Shown here: positions 1 to 9,688 of the stretch, in pieces
How the letters are laid out: every line of letters begins with the position of its first letter
Numbering within the stretch: position 1 is the first letter of the stretch
Virus genome (UHGV): UHGV-1558314
Origin: a virus
Direction: 5' to 3' (one strand)
DNA: 64,000 nucleotides
Program-made: the position numbers and the translations under genes
The notes under the pieces: generated by a model
Seen by the model: the letters and a program-made list of their open reading frames with translations, nothing else
What the model was told of the DNA's origin: nothing
Databases searched by the model: none

Positions 1-47
1 TTGCAGAAATTCCGATTTTGCAATATCATCTGAAATGACTACTTTTA

Positions 48-1031
48 ATGTCAATTTATACAAACCTTAAAAACGCAGTTATGATTAAAAAGATGATTTG
101 CATTGCGGTATGTACTTGGATGTGTGCATGCTGTGAGAAAAATGACGGGGGAGGGGTATTCGATGAGCCGGTAGAACCTCCTGTTGAAAAGCCGACTACT
201 CCGCCGTCAACCGAAGATTTAAGAACAATCAATATTAACGATGAGATTATGGCAGTAGTTGGTACAAAAACTTGGAGAAGCATTGCATATGGTAATGGCA
301 TATATGTAGTAGTTGGTTTAGACGGTTATACTGCATATTCTACGGATGGAGAAAATTGGACAAGAAAAACTGTTGGAACAGAGTCTTGGTATGCTATTGC
401 GTTCGGTAATGGCAAATTCGTTGCCGTAGGTAAATCGAGAAAGATTACAACCACTACCGATGGTAAAACATGGACTACAGTTAAACAAGTAGGAACAAGC
501 GCAGTTGGGAACTGGCTGGCTATTACGTATGCTGATGGCAAATTTATCACATCCAGTTCTAAAGGGTATGGCGCAATATCCATCGATGGTGTGAATTGGA
601 CAAATATGCGAATAGCTTCAGATTATACTTGGTCTTTATCTACTATTGCATATGGAAATGGTAGATTCATTGCGTCTGGTATGTCTAATACTTATAAATC
701 TACAGATGGTGAAACATGGGTAAAGTGTGCTAATCATGTGGCGTGTAATGCCATGACATATGGGGCTGGCAAATTTGTTTCAGTCCATATTGAGAGCGGA
801 GCTTATTCAACCGATAACGGTGAAACATGGACTGACGTGCCAATTACCGGTGGCTCTTATAATTGGCTCGGAATAACATATGCCAACGGTTTATTTGTGG
901 CTGGTGGCCAAGATGGTTACATAACTACTTCCATAGATGGAGTTACATGGAGTCAGCCAGTACAAGTAATACCGAAAGGAACGGGGACTACTAATGACAA
1001 TGCGATATATGACATTGTAAAGATGAATTAG
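48..1031 (+). CDS. BNR/Asp-box repeat lipoprotein (predicted beta-propeller)
   Basis: N-terminal hydrophobic stretch with Cys cluster (CTWMCACC) suggests a lipoprotein signal; six Asp-box-like repeats S/T-x-D-G-x-x-W-T (STDGENWT, TTDGKTWT, SIDGVNWT, STDGETWV, TDNGETWT, SIDGVTWS). One of very few plus-strand genes. Confidence 0.6.
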   Translation: MSIYTNLKNAVMIKKMICIAVCTWMCACCEKNDGGGVFDEPVEPPVEKPTTPPSTEDLRTININDEIMAVVGTKTWRSIAYGNGIYVVVGLDGYTAYSTDGENWTRKTVGTESWYAIAFGNGKFVAVGKSRKITTTTDGKTWTTVKQVGTSAVGNWLAITYADGKFITSSSKGYGAISIDGVNWTNMRIASDYTWSLSTIAYGNGRFIASGMSNTYKSTDGETWVKCANHVACNAMTYGAGKFVSVHIESGAYSTDNGETWTDVPITGGSYNWLGITYANGLFVAGGQDGYITTSIDGVTWSQPVQVIPKGTGTTNDNAIYDIVKMN

Positions 1032-1110
1032 GGGAATGTTGTAACAAGTACATTATATGCTATTATAGCAGCCCAATAATTTCCAAAAATATAAAAACGA
1101 AATAATATGA

Positions 1111-1140
1111 AAAGCAGCATGAATTTCATGCTGCTTTTAT
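1111..1140. terminator. bidirectional rho-independent terminator hairpin
   Basis: Perfect inverted repeat aaagcagcatga / tcatgctgcttt flanked by A-run and T-run, between convergent genes. Confidence 0.55.
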
Positions 1141-1187
1141 TGTATAAATACTTAAAATTCTTATATTTGCATATGAGACATCCTATT

Positions 1188-1802
1188 CTAAGTTTGGTAC
1201 ATTAAAGTATATAGATGTCTGCCAAATTTGTTGCCATATCGTTTCTGTTTAGTTTCAAGTGCTTTGTCAATATTTATGATGCCTCTTGTACCATGTTCTT
1301 TTTCACGTTTAGCTAAAATTGTTTGCATGTCGCCAAGTTTGTTGCCATATCGTTGCAATTTAGTTTCATGCATTTTTGCAATATTTGTCCAACTATCACC
1401 ATAATGTTGTCTATGTGTTGCAGCGCAACGTGCTTTGTCACCAAACATGTGTCCAAACTTTGCTAAACGACGCTCAACAAATTTTTGCATGTCACCCATG
1501 CCATTACCATATCGTTTCTGCTTAGTTGCAACAGCCTTTTGCATATTGACACCTCGATAGCCATAACGCATTTCTATTGTTGTAGTAATTTTATCACTGA
1601 TGACTTTTGATTGCTGAGCATACTCAAAACCATATTTACGCAAGCAGCCAATTCGCTTATTATATTTCAAACGAATTTTACCATGAGATGTTTGCTTTGG
1701 GGCATACCATTCATATGGCGTTTCTGCAATCAATTTATCGCGTTCAGCTTCAAGTTCTTTTATTCGAGCTTCAAGAGCATCGCCAGTTAGTCGTTCAGCC
1801 AT
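1188..1802 (-). CDS. paralog family member A (tandem basic repeat protein, lacks the C-terminal domain)
   Basis: N-terminus MAERLTGDALEARIKELEAERDKL is near-identical to the ORF at 14031..15398; repeats K-x-x-RYGN-x-x-GDMQ; start taken at internal Met to avoid overlap with terminase. Confidence 0.5.
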   Translation of the reverse strand: MAERLTGDALEARIKELEAERDKLIAETPYEWYAPKQTSHGKIRLKYNKRIGCLRKYGFEYAQQSKVISDKITTTIEMRYGYRGVNMQKAVATKQKRYGNGMGDMQKFVERRLAKFGHMFGDKARCAATHRQHYGDSWTNIAKMHETKLQRYGNKLGDMQTILAKREKEHGTRGIINIDKALETKQKRYGNKFGRHLYTLMYQT

Positions 1803-1869
1803 TGTGTATGAATGTTCAGAATGTAAATTCACTATATGTACATATAACACGAATATTCAAGTTAGATGC

Positions 1870-3861
1870 ATGGCTGAAGTCAAGAATCAAGTGTTTAATC
1901 CAGTAGCACAATTCAAATCTGCTGAAGAAAAAGAAGCTGCGAAAGTTATATGGTGCAGTGAATCAGTCGCAATGGCATATGCTGCAGTTGACCAAGGCTT
2001 GCCACTTAGAGCAAATCCGTGGTTCTTTGGCAATATTGCACTGCGTAAGCCCGGATTGCTATACAGATACACTGACATAGAATTGCGTGAATGGCTTAGA
2101 TGCAAGTATGACATATTATATTTTGCTGACACATGGTGTCAGATTTTAACTCCAGATGGCACAAGAAAGCATTTTAATTTGAGACCATATCAACGCAAAA
2201 TGCTGCGTGCATATCAACGACAAAAGTATACGATAGTTCTTACTGGGCGACAAGTAGGCAAAACGGTCGTTACATCAGTATTTCTTGCTTGGGCTGTCAT
2301 TTTCAATCGTGAGCTCAACATAGCAGTACTTGGCGACCGCTTGGCTACATCAAGCGAAAACCTGAACAAAACAAAAGACATCATAAACAATCTACCATTC
2401 TTTATGAAGCCTGGTGTATTTGTTTGGAATGGGGGAATGGTTGCATTTGACAATGGTTGCAAAATTATCACAGGCACTGCTCAAAAGTCATCACTTGTCG
2501 GTAAAACAATTCACATCTTGTATCTTGATGAGCTCGCAATTCCGCCTGCTCAGCAATCAAAGACTCTTGTAGACTATGCATTACCAACAATTGCATCATT
2601 GCCAACTGGCAAAGTTATTGTAACATCTACGCCATCTGGTGATAATGTGTTCAAGACTTTGTGGCTTGGCGCAATTAACAAAACAAATGGCTTCTTTCCA
2701 ATTCAAGTAAACTGGTGGGACATACCAGGTCGTGATGAAAAATGGAAAGCTGAACAAATTGCAATTCTTGGTGAAGACGCTTTCAATGAGCAATACAACT
2801 GTGTGTTCTTGTCAGGTGCAACATCAATCTTCAATTCAAGAGCAATTGATGATATTGCAAGACGGCAGCAAAAGTACGAATTTGTTGCTGATGAGCATCT
2901 TGAATCGCTGCTCAGATTTTTCATTGCTGATTCAGATGTTGGCACTGAACCTGAGCCGCATTCATTTATGACTTGGCGTGCAGATATTGACCCAGCAACA
3001 CTTAAAAATGAAACATGCATCATCAACATCGACATTGCTGAAGGTTTATCTGGCGACTTTTCTGTCATACATGTGCATCGTATAGTTGACATTGCAAAAG
3101 ACACTGAACTTGAGCTTGATGCAAGCAATCTGTACGATATGTTTGATGACGACAAAAAATCACTATTTGCAAAAGCTGTTGAAATGCAACGTCAAATGTC
3201 AGCAACGCAAACTCAAGATGATGACGATGATGACGATGACGATTGGTTTGGTGCAGACGATGATGTTGCTCAAGGCGTCGATGCATATCAAGATTATGCA
3301 AATGCTGCAGTAGAAGAGATTGGCTTGTGGCGTTCAAATGTGACATCAATCAAAGTCATGGCTCTATATTTGCAGTTCTTAATGACATATGTGTTTGACG
3401 CAAACAAAACAAAGATTATCTATGAACGCAACAAATATGGCGGAGAGTTTCGTTCATATTGTTTGTCTGAACGTGCACGCAATATTGCAATTGATGAAGA
3501 GAGCTTCGTAAGCTTCCAACGAACGCTTGGTTCAGAACAACTTGCACCAGGCTGTTCAATTACACCGGGCACAAAGCCAGTGTATGTAAGACAGCTCAAA
3601 GACCTTGTTGAAACTGGTAAGATTCTTGAAAACAATGCAGACACACAAAGAGAGCTTACATATTTTGGCGGTGTCAAAGGCAAGAATGGGCACGTGTCAT
3701 ATCAGGCGTCGCCTGGCTTCCATGATGACATTGCAATGACTCTTGTATCTCTTGCAGCGTTTATGGACACTCGATGCAATGACTGGCTTGAACTGCTTGA
3801 TGTGTTCTACAATGGAAGCAGCCAAACAAGTTCTGATGATGACGATGACGATTGGATTTGA
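1870..3861 (+). CDS. terminase large subunit
   Basis: Walker A-like VLTGRQVGKT and Walker B-like HILYLDE as in T4 gp17-type terminases; two poly-Asp tracts (DDDDDDDDD internal, DDDDDD near C-terminus). Confidence 0.85.
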   Translation: MAEVKNQVFNPVAQFKSAEEKEAAKVIWCSESVAMAYAAVDQGLPLRANPWFFGNIALRKPGLLYRYTDIELREWLRCKYDILYFADTWCQILTPDGTRKHFNLRPYQRKMLRAYQRQKYTIVLTGRQVGKTVVTSVFLAWAVIFNRELNIAVLGDRLATSSENLNKTKDIINNLPFFMKPGVFVWNGGMVAFDNGCKIITGTAQKSSLVGKTIHILYLDELAIPPAQQSKTLVDYALPTIASLPTGKVIVTSTPSGDNVFKTLWLGAINKTNGFFPIQVNWWDIPGRDEKWKAEQIAILGEDAFNEQYNCVFLSGATSIFNSRAIDDIARRQQKYEFVADEHLESLLRFFIADSDVGTEPEPHSFMTWRADIDPATLKNETCIINIDIAEGLSGDFSVIHVHRIVDIAKDTELELDASNLYDMFDDDKKSLFAKAVEMQRQMSATQTQDDDDDDDDDWFGADDDVAQGVDAYQDYANAAVEEIGLWRSNVTSIKVMALYLQFLMTYVFDANKTKIIYERNKYGGEFRSYCLSERARNIAIDEESFVSFQRTLGSEQLAPGCSITPGTKPVYVRQLKDLVETGKILENNADTQRELTYFGGVKGKNGHVSYQASPGFHDDIAMTLVSLAAFMDTRCNDWLELLDVFYNGSSQTSSDDDDDDWI

Positions 3862-3927
3862 TTTGACACGTCATCACAAAACAAGCCAGCAGACAATTCT
3901 GCTGGCTTGTTTTGTGATGCCTTGCTG

Positions 3928-4431
3928 TCATCGTTTTCGATGGAAGACTTTGAATTTGTATCGCAATGTTCTGTCATTATCTGTGTATGTGTACAGAGCA
4001 GACTCAGATTTTTTAGTCCACATTCGCCAATTGACTGCAGGAAATCGAACGTCGCCTTCAACATAATTGTCAATCATCGTCAAGTACATTCTGTCTGCAT
4101 AAATCATTGCTTCTTCAAACAACTTAGAACCACCGATGATAAACATATTAGATGCAAATGCAGACTTGCAATATGCTATTGCATTGGCTAGCGTGCTAAA
4201 TACGAAATAGTCGCTTGTTGGCTGCAATGTAGAACTTATAATAATGTTAATTCTATCTGGCAAGGGCTTGCAATTCATCGACTCAAAAGTCTTACGACCC
4301 ATGATGACAATGTGATTCTTTGTGAGTTTCTTGAAGTGCTGCAAGTCATGTGGAATATGCCAGGGCAAATCACCATTGCGACCTATGACATTGTTATTTG
4401 ATACTGCTGCTATGATATTGATGTATTGCAT
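3928..4431 (-). CDS. dihydrofolate reductase
   Basis: IAAVSNNNVIGRNGDLPWHIPHDLQHFKKLT...IMGRKTFES matches the DHFR N-terminal signature. Confidence 0.85.
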   Translation of the reverse strand: MQYINIIAAVSNNNVIGRNGDLPWHIPHDLQHFKKLTKNHIVIMGRKTFESMNCKPLPDRINIIISSTLQPTSDYFVFSTLANAIAYCKSAFASNMFIIGGSKLFEEAMIYADRMYLTMIDNYVEGDVRFPAVNWRMWTKKSESALYTYTDNDRTLRYKFKVFHRKR

Positions 4432-4446
4432 TGTTGATGAAGTTGT

Positions 4447-4755
4447 TTATAATGAGTCAGACACTACAGATGCATATTGCAAGACCTGTTTGCGAATATC
4501 ACTGCCAATCAGTCGTTCATATTGCAGACGCAGTTCTGTAACTGTCATATTATCTGGCAGCTCTTTGACTTTGATAAAGATGCCTGCAGTGTCGCCTTTA
4601 GCAATGTAGCCGCTTTTCTCGCACATGTTACGCAAACAGTCAATATATGAATGTCGCTCAGATTTGACTGCGCATAGCATTTGCTGTCTGCTAAATGACT
4701 CGCCTACTGCAATGCCTGCAATGAACTGCTTAAACGCATACCAACGTGTCATCAC
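4447..4755 (-). CDS. hypothetical protein
   Basis: ORF in minus-strand gene array; no recognisable motif. Confidence 0.4.
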   Translation of the reverse strand: MMTRWYAFKQFIAGIAVGESFSRQQMLCAVKSERHSYIDCLRNMCEKSGYIAKGDTAGIFIKVKELPDNMTVTELRLQYERLIGSDIRKQVLQYASVVSDSL

Positions 4756-5207
4756 AGATTTGATTTGTATGTTTCACAACGTTTCCAATCTGTTGCAGCT
4801 TTAAGACCCTTCAAGTATTCTACATACATTGGATGTTCCCATGCAGGGTCATCAGTTACAGCAACATAACCTTTGCTGTGCTTATCTTTGTCAATAAGCA
4901 TCTCTGCATATTTTGGCGCAAGCAGTCGTTTGTTTGCAGCCCAAGCAAAATGACATTTGATAAAGTGTCGCGTAATTCTTGTGTATGCCGCTTTGACAGA
5001 CTTTAGCATATCAAGGTCTGCAATAACATCTGCCAAATTCTGTGGCGCTGCTGCAATGAAAACTGCTTCACAATCTTTGTGCTTTGCAGCAATTTGCTGC
5101 AGCAAATCTTCATGCGAATTAAGATGCAGAATTGTTGAACAGATGACTACAATGTCTGTTGCAGGTTCTATTCGCTTTGCTTGTTCTTTAAGAGATGGTT
5201 GTTCCAT
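4752..5207 (-). CDS. hypothetical protein
   Basis: ORF tightly packed with neighbours; no recognisable motif. Confidence 0.4.
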   Translation of the reverse strand: MEQPSLKEQAKRIEPATDIVVICSTILHLNSHEDLLQQIAAKHKDCEAVFIAAAPQNLADVIADLDMLKSVKAAYTRITRHFIKCHFAWAANKRLLAPKYAEMLIDKDKHSKGYVAVTDDPAWEHPMYVEYLKGLKAATDWKRCETYKSNL

Positions 5208-5213
5208 GTTGTG

Positions 5214-5483
5214 TCAGATTTTGATATGTCGTAGCAAAATTTTATGCAAATTCAACAATGATTGCGCTGCATATGCTGTATTTGGTTGAAGCTCTTTGCA
5301 GTTGTCGCATTTCAATGACTGCTCAGTTATTTGAGCATCTGTGTCAATGTTAATTGCAGTTTGGCAAACTACACATTGCCATTTAAGCGTATGTGTATGC
5401 AAGTTGTCTACGAACAATGTAGAGCCAAACTTATCTTGCCAGTCTTCTGCGCATTTTGGATGAAACATTGTCAATGAGCCCAA
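5214..5483 (-). CDS. hypothetical zinc-ribbon protein
   Basis: Cys pairs CxxC ... CxxC. Confidence 0.35.
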   Translation of the reverse strand: MGSLTMFHPKCAEDWQDKFGSTLFVDNLHTHTLKWQCVVCQTAINIDTDAQITEQSLKCDNCKELQPNTAYAAQSLLNLHKILLRHIKI

Positions 5484-6472
5484 TTAAGCCATACGTCATC
5501 AATTGATTGCGTAGTATATTCACAATCATACAAGAAATCTACAAGAGCATCATAATTGCGTCTGCCCCACAATTTGTGCTTCAGACTGCCGATTTCTTCG
5601 TCTTTCTTGTAATTGTTGTAGATTCGTTCAAGCATTGCTGAAGAGCCTGCTTTTGTGTCGTACTCTGCCTCAAACAAACAGCCACAACTTGCTTTCTTAA
5701 CAATTATGCGGTCATACATTGACACTACTGCTCGTAAAATGCTCTTTGACTGTAATCGTAGTGTGTCAAGTTTATTGCATTGAGACTCCCATTTTTTGTA
5801 CAATGTGTTGAATGATGGATTGTCAAGTAGCTTGTCTGCAATTGCATACGCAAATGACATTGCATGCCAATCATCTGTTCTGAAGTCCTCTGTATTATGC
5901 TTGTTGTAATATGCGCCAGTCGGTGCACAGCCAATAAATGCTTCAAGCTGTCCAGAATCATTTCGTAATATGCGCAATGAATGCTTATTAAAAAATGACA
6001 CCCATATGCGATTATGCGCAACTATCACAGAATACTTGTTTTCACATTTTGCTGCAGCATCGCTTATTGAACGACAATCAATCTGCTTGCAAATTGATGT
6101 TATGAATGCTGCAAACTCTTCATGCTTCTTGAGCTTGTTTTGTGTGACGTCATACAGATGCAACAGACCATTGACAACAGAGTCAAGCTTAGCTTCATCA
6201 GACTCAAAACTGCCAAATGTTTCAAAGACTCGCATCTCTTTGTCAACAAGCGTTTCTACAATTGCATCAATATCTTTGCTAAGTAGTGTTTTGGGTTCTA
6301 ACGTTGCATGCATAAATGTCAATTGAAGCAATGCATTTGCAGTTTGCTCAGACAACACGTCATTTGCGCGTGCAATGTCGATTGCAGCTTTAAGTTCTGT
6401 TCGTTTGACTTCAAAATATCGTTGCAGCTGTAGTTTAAGTTGCTGAGAGTAGACGTTATTTGGTCTGAGCAT
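5471..6472 (-). CDS. hypothetical protein
   Basis: 333-aa ORF; no recognisable motif. Confidence 0.5.
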   Translation of the reverse strand: MLRPNNVYSQQLKLQLQRYFEVKRTELKAAIDIARANDVLSEQTANALLQLTFMHATLEPKTLLSKDIDAIVETLVDKEMRVFETFGSFESDEAKLDSVVNGLLHLYDVTQNKLKKHEEFAAFITSICKQIDCRSISDAAAKCENKYSVIVAHNRIWVSFFNKHSLRILRNDSGQLEAFIGCAPTGAYYNKHNTEDFRTDDWHAMSFAYAIADKLLDNPSFNTLYKKWESQCNKLDTLRLQSKSILRAVVSMYDRIIVKKASCGCLFEAEYDTKAGSSAMLERIYNNYKKDEEIGSLKHKLWGRRNYDALVDFLYDCEYTTQSIDDVWLNWAH

Positions 6473-6575
6473 ATTTGGGATGGACTCTTACGTTTATTTA
6501 AGAATAAAGTACCACAAGTTGTCAAGTTTTGCTAACTTTGACGATTTGTGGTACGTCTGTTTTGTGCATGCGCAG

Positions 6576-6944
6576 TTATTTGATTGCACGTTCAAACATT
6601 CTGCAGCACCAGTCTTTATATGCAGGATTGCCCTTAACATCTGCTCGGAATGCACAGTTGATAAGAGTCTTCTCTTCATCAACAAAGCATGCATAACGAC
6701 AGTTTGCACAGCAACGAGCATCTTCATGTTTCATACAGAATGCTGCGCATGTCATGTCATCTTCTGTGTTGCGAATTGTTTTTGTTGGCGTGTATTCATA
6801 AGTGCACTGACAAATGCCATTATGCTCACGATGAAAGAAGCAATTTTTGCAAACATGTGCAACTTCTTCAACTGGCGCTGATGCTGCATATGTTTGTTCT
6901 TGCTCTACTGCAGGCTGTGCAGCAGCTTTAGTCTTTTTTGCCAT
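6576..6944 (-). CDS. cysteine-rich small protein (possible metal-binding regulator)
   Basis: Start taken at MAKKTKAAA; the longer ORF-track N-terminus translates the intergenic tandem repeat. About 16 Cys in 123 aa. Confidence 0.5.
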   Translation of the reverse strand: MAKKTKAAAQPAVEQEQTYAASAPVEEVAHVCKNCFFHREHNGICQCTYEYTPTKTIRNTEDDMTCAAFCMKHEDARCCANCRYACFVDEEKTLINCAFRADVKGNPAYKDWCCRMFERAIK

Positions 6945-6975
6945 TGTATCAAATGTTTGTATTTGTATTTGTAAG

Positions 6976-7080
6976 TTGTTTTGATGCAAAATGCAAAACA
7001 ATATAAAATTGTTTTGATGCAAAATGCAAAACAATATAAAATTGTTTTGATGCAAAATGCAAAACAATATGTTGTTTTGA
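6976..7080. repeat. 33-bp direct repeat array (about 3.3 copies)
   Basis: ttgttttgatgcaaaatgcaaaacaatataaaa repeated head to tail; unit is partly palindromic (ttgttttg...caaaacaa); immediately upstream of the Cys-rich gene. Confidence 0.8.
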
Positions 7081-7083
7081 TAT

Positions 7084-8988
7084 CTACAAAGATTTGAACA
7101 ATTCCTCGTACGTTACAATTTTCTTGTCTTTTGCAAGTGCAGCTTTCATTTTATTCGACAGTTTGTTGGGGTCATTTGTAACAACATAGTCGCATGCATC
7201 AATGTTTGCACCGACATCTTCAAGCTTACCATTTGCAGCGTCAATAAATGCACCCTTTGTTGCCCAAGTAGGCTTAGGCGAGCCTGTCATGACAACCTTG
7301 ATTGTATCAGCGTTCGTAGATGCTTCTTTGTGCATTTCATTGAACATTACGAAGCATTGCGGGTATTGTTTGAGCAATCTTTGAATGACATTCAACTTTA
7401 TGAGCTTATCAATGGGTTCCATGCTCAAGCCCTTAAAGTCATATTGACAATTGCTGAAGTACGCAGATAACTGATACGCTGCTTTGCTGCCAAGACCAGG
7501 AATCTGCATGCATTCAATGAAATGCGATAAGTGAATGCTATTGAAGCGTTCACGTAAGCCTGTAATGACTGTACGGTCATTTTTGCTGTTCATGTCAAAC
7601 TGTAGCAGCTCAAACAATCGTTCATTGTCAACTTCTTGCACAATGCAGAACAAGTCTTCAATTGTTGGCGCATCAGAGAATGTCAACATGACATCAAGAT
7701 TGTCTTGTGCAATAAGCAAAGCCTCGCAAATTTTCGTAGCATAAACCCAACCAAGCCCATCGATGTTAAGCTTGCAAACGCCTTTGATAAACCTCGTGCA
7801 TCTTGCAAATTCCTCAGGCATCATCAAGTGAATGCCATCGACATATGCATGCACAGGAATGTCAGCTTTGCTGATATCACCAGGTTCAATACATTCTTGA
7901 ATGTCTGGAATAATGTCACCACCCTTTTCAATACGAACAAGAGCACCTGGCCAGATACCATTTGCATGCAAAAAGCCGTAGTGAAATGCAGATGCAGCCT
8001 TGACTGTAGTGCCATCAAGCTCAACAGGCTCAAGTTCAACTCTGGGAAAGAGTTCACCATTGATTCGTTGACGCCAATCAATTCGAATCACTCGAGTTAC
8101 AGCAGACATTGCGTCAAGCTTCAATGCAACCATGTTTGCATATTCTGCTGCATTTGCAAACTGCTGCTCAATCCACAAGTCATCTGCAAAAGGCTTGACT
8201 ACAATGCCATCAATGCGATATTTGAATTCTGAGCGCTCATTGGCAATTTTTGTGCAAGTTTCTGCAAACTCATTGTAATCAGTGACTTCAAAGACTTCTG
8301 CAATAAATTCTGCGGGCCAGCCAACTTTTGCAAGAGCATCTGCAGGATTGGTTTGCTCATATATTTTGTCATCAAGTGTGTCAGTTAGCATGTATGCCAT
8401 AGGGTCAATGTCTTCCATACCACACATATCTAATGACTTCACAAATGCCGCAGCAGTATTGCGCTCATTTTTGTATTTGACTGAGCCATCAGAGTTGAAG
8501 TGATATTTTTGCGCAAAAACGTCTTTTGCAATGACAGCTTCAAAGCGAATCTGATATGGCTGTTCTGCTGCAGCAAGCTGCATCGGCACTTTGCCTGCTA
8601 CGACAAATTTGCGTGTGACATCATAGCCCGTGTAGCCATCACCACGAGTAACAACTTTCAGCAATCTGCCATCAGTGTCGTAATGTGCTTCACAGCCCAT
8701 GCCGTCATACTTGTGCATAAGCAGCATTTCATGACCAACAATGTTGCACACAGTATCATGCAACGCAGTCGTAAACTGTGATTTTGTATGAATTGCAGCA
8801 AGACTCAATGCAGGTGTAAGATGCTTAACTTCTTGCTTATTTGACTCTTCAAAGCGAATCTTATGTTTGATGTCGCTATTTGCAAGAAGCTGCTGTTCAA
8901 GAGCATCAAATGCCTCATCAGACATTATCGGATTGCCTGCATAATACGCAGCTATTGCGTCATGGTACATATTGAGTGTATCAGTCAT
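7084..8988 (-). CDS. ligA: NAD-dependent DNA ligase
   Basis: Adenylation motif HKYDGMG followed by TRGDGYTGYDVT (LigA K-x-D-G ... TRGDG..GEDVT pattern); helix-hairpin-helix-like IPGLGSKAAYQL. Confidence 0.8.
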   Translation of the reverse strand: MTDTLNMYHDAIAAYYAGNPIMSDEAFDALEQQLLANSDIKHKIRFEESNKQEVKHLTPALSLAAIHTKSQFTTALHDTVCNIVGHEMLLMHKYDGMGCEAHYDTDGRLLKVVTRGDGYTGYDVTRKFVVAGKVPMQLAAAEQPYQIRFEAVIAKDVFAQKYHFNSDGSVKYKNERNTAAAFVKSLDMCGMEDIDPMAYMLTDTLDDKIYEQTNPADALAKVGWPAEFIAEVFEVTDYNEFAETCTKIANERSEFKYRIDGIVVKPFADDLWIEQQFANAAEYANMVALKLDAMSAVTRVIRIDWRQRINGELFPRVELEPVELDGTTVKAASAFHYGFLHANGIWPGALVRIEKGGDIIPDIQECIEPGDISKADIPVHAYVDGIHLMMPEEFARCTRFIKGVCKLNIDGLGWVYATKICEALLIAQDNLDVMLTFSDAPTIEDLFCIVQEVDNERLFELLQFDMNSKNDRTVITGLRERFNSIHLSHFIECMQIPGLGSKAAYQLSAYFSNCQYDFKGLSMEPIDKLIKLNVIQRLLKQYPQCFVMFNEMHKEASTNADTIKVVMTGSPKPTWATKGAFIDAANGKLEDVGANIDACDYVVTNDPNKLSNKMKAALAKDKKIVTYEELFKSL

Positions 8989-9220
8989 CGTCTTCTTCTG
9001 TTAAATCATTTTCTTCTACCAATGTGTCAGTTGTGTCAATATCTGGAAATTCGTAGTTATTAGGTCGTTTTACGCTAATGTTATGCAAATGCTTCATAAG
9101 TTCATCACGAGTCATAAAGAACGTGTTATTATTGTCATTTGCATACATTAAGGGTTTTGCTGTAGATTCATATGTAGTTGCCGTGCACACATACAACGGC
9201 GAGCCATTTAGTGTTGGCAT
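8981..9220 (-). CDS. hypothetical protein, acidic C-terminus
   Basis: Short ORF in operon context. Confidence 0.3.
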   Translation of the reverse strand: MPTLNGSPLYVCTATTYESTAKPLMYANDNNNTFFMTRDELMKHLHNISVKRPNNYEFPDIDTTDTLVEENDLTEEDDD

Positions 9221-9221
9221 T

Positions 9222-9665
9222 TCATTGCAATTGTTTTTGATACGCTATTAATTCATTAAGCAATTCATCTGCATGACATTGAACAAGCAGTTGCCACGTT
9301 TTTGAATCAATGTCTTCAGTTTGCATGTACAAGTCTACTACTCGTTTGTCAAACTTATTTATTGCATCTACAGTAGCATTACTTGCAGGTTTGTCAACTT
9401 TCTTACCGCTGATAAAAGACCATTTTGGTTGTCTTGCGTTGCCAAGTTCTCTATGATAAGCATTCATAACTTGTGTCATGTCCATACCGAGTTTGTTGAA
9501 TGCTTGAGCAATCTGCGGAAAGGCTATGGCAACATTGCGATTTGTCATGAATGCATTGTCTGCTTTTTGTTTTGCAGTCAACTTATCATAATCGCTATCA
9601 CGAACATACAGCAACTCCTTGAATTTGAAGAAGTCTACTTTTTGTGTGATGAATTGTTCTGCCAT
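9222..9665 (-). CDS. hypothetical protein
   Basis: ORF preceded by the promoter-like motif. Confidence 0.45.
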   Translation of the reverse strand: MAEQFITQKVDFFKFKELLYVRDSDYDKLTAKQKADNAFMTNRNVAIAFPQIAQAFNKLGMDMTQVMNAYHRELGNARQPKWSFISGKKVDKPASNATVDAINKFDKRVVDLYMQTEDIDSKTWQLLVQCHADELLNELIAYQKQLQ

Positions 9666-9688
9666 TGAAGTTTATTGTTATATAATGA

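Noticed and set aside
2214-3349. Minus-strand ORFs antisense to the terminase gene (for example 2703..3155)
   Set aside because: They lie entirely within the well-supported plus-strand terminase CDS and have Ser/Cys-rich low-complexity products. Antisense artefacts.
6945-7067. N-terminal extension of the Cys-rich ORF with FCILHQNN repeated three times
   Set aside because: This is translation of the intergenic 33-bp tandem repeat. The start is more likely the ATG at 6944 (MAKKTK...).
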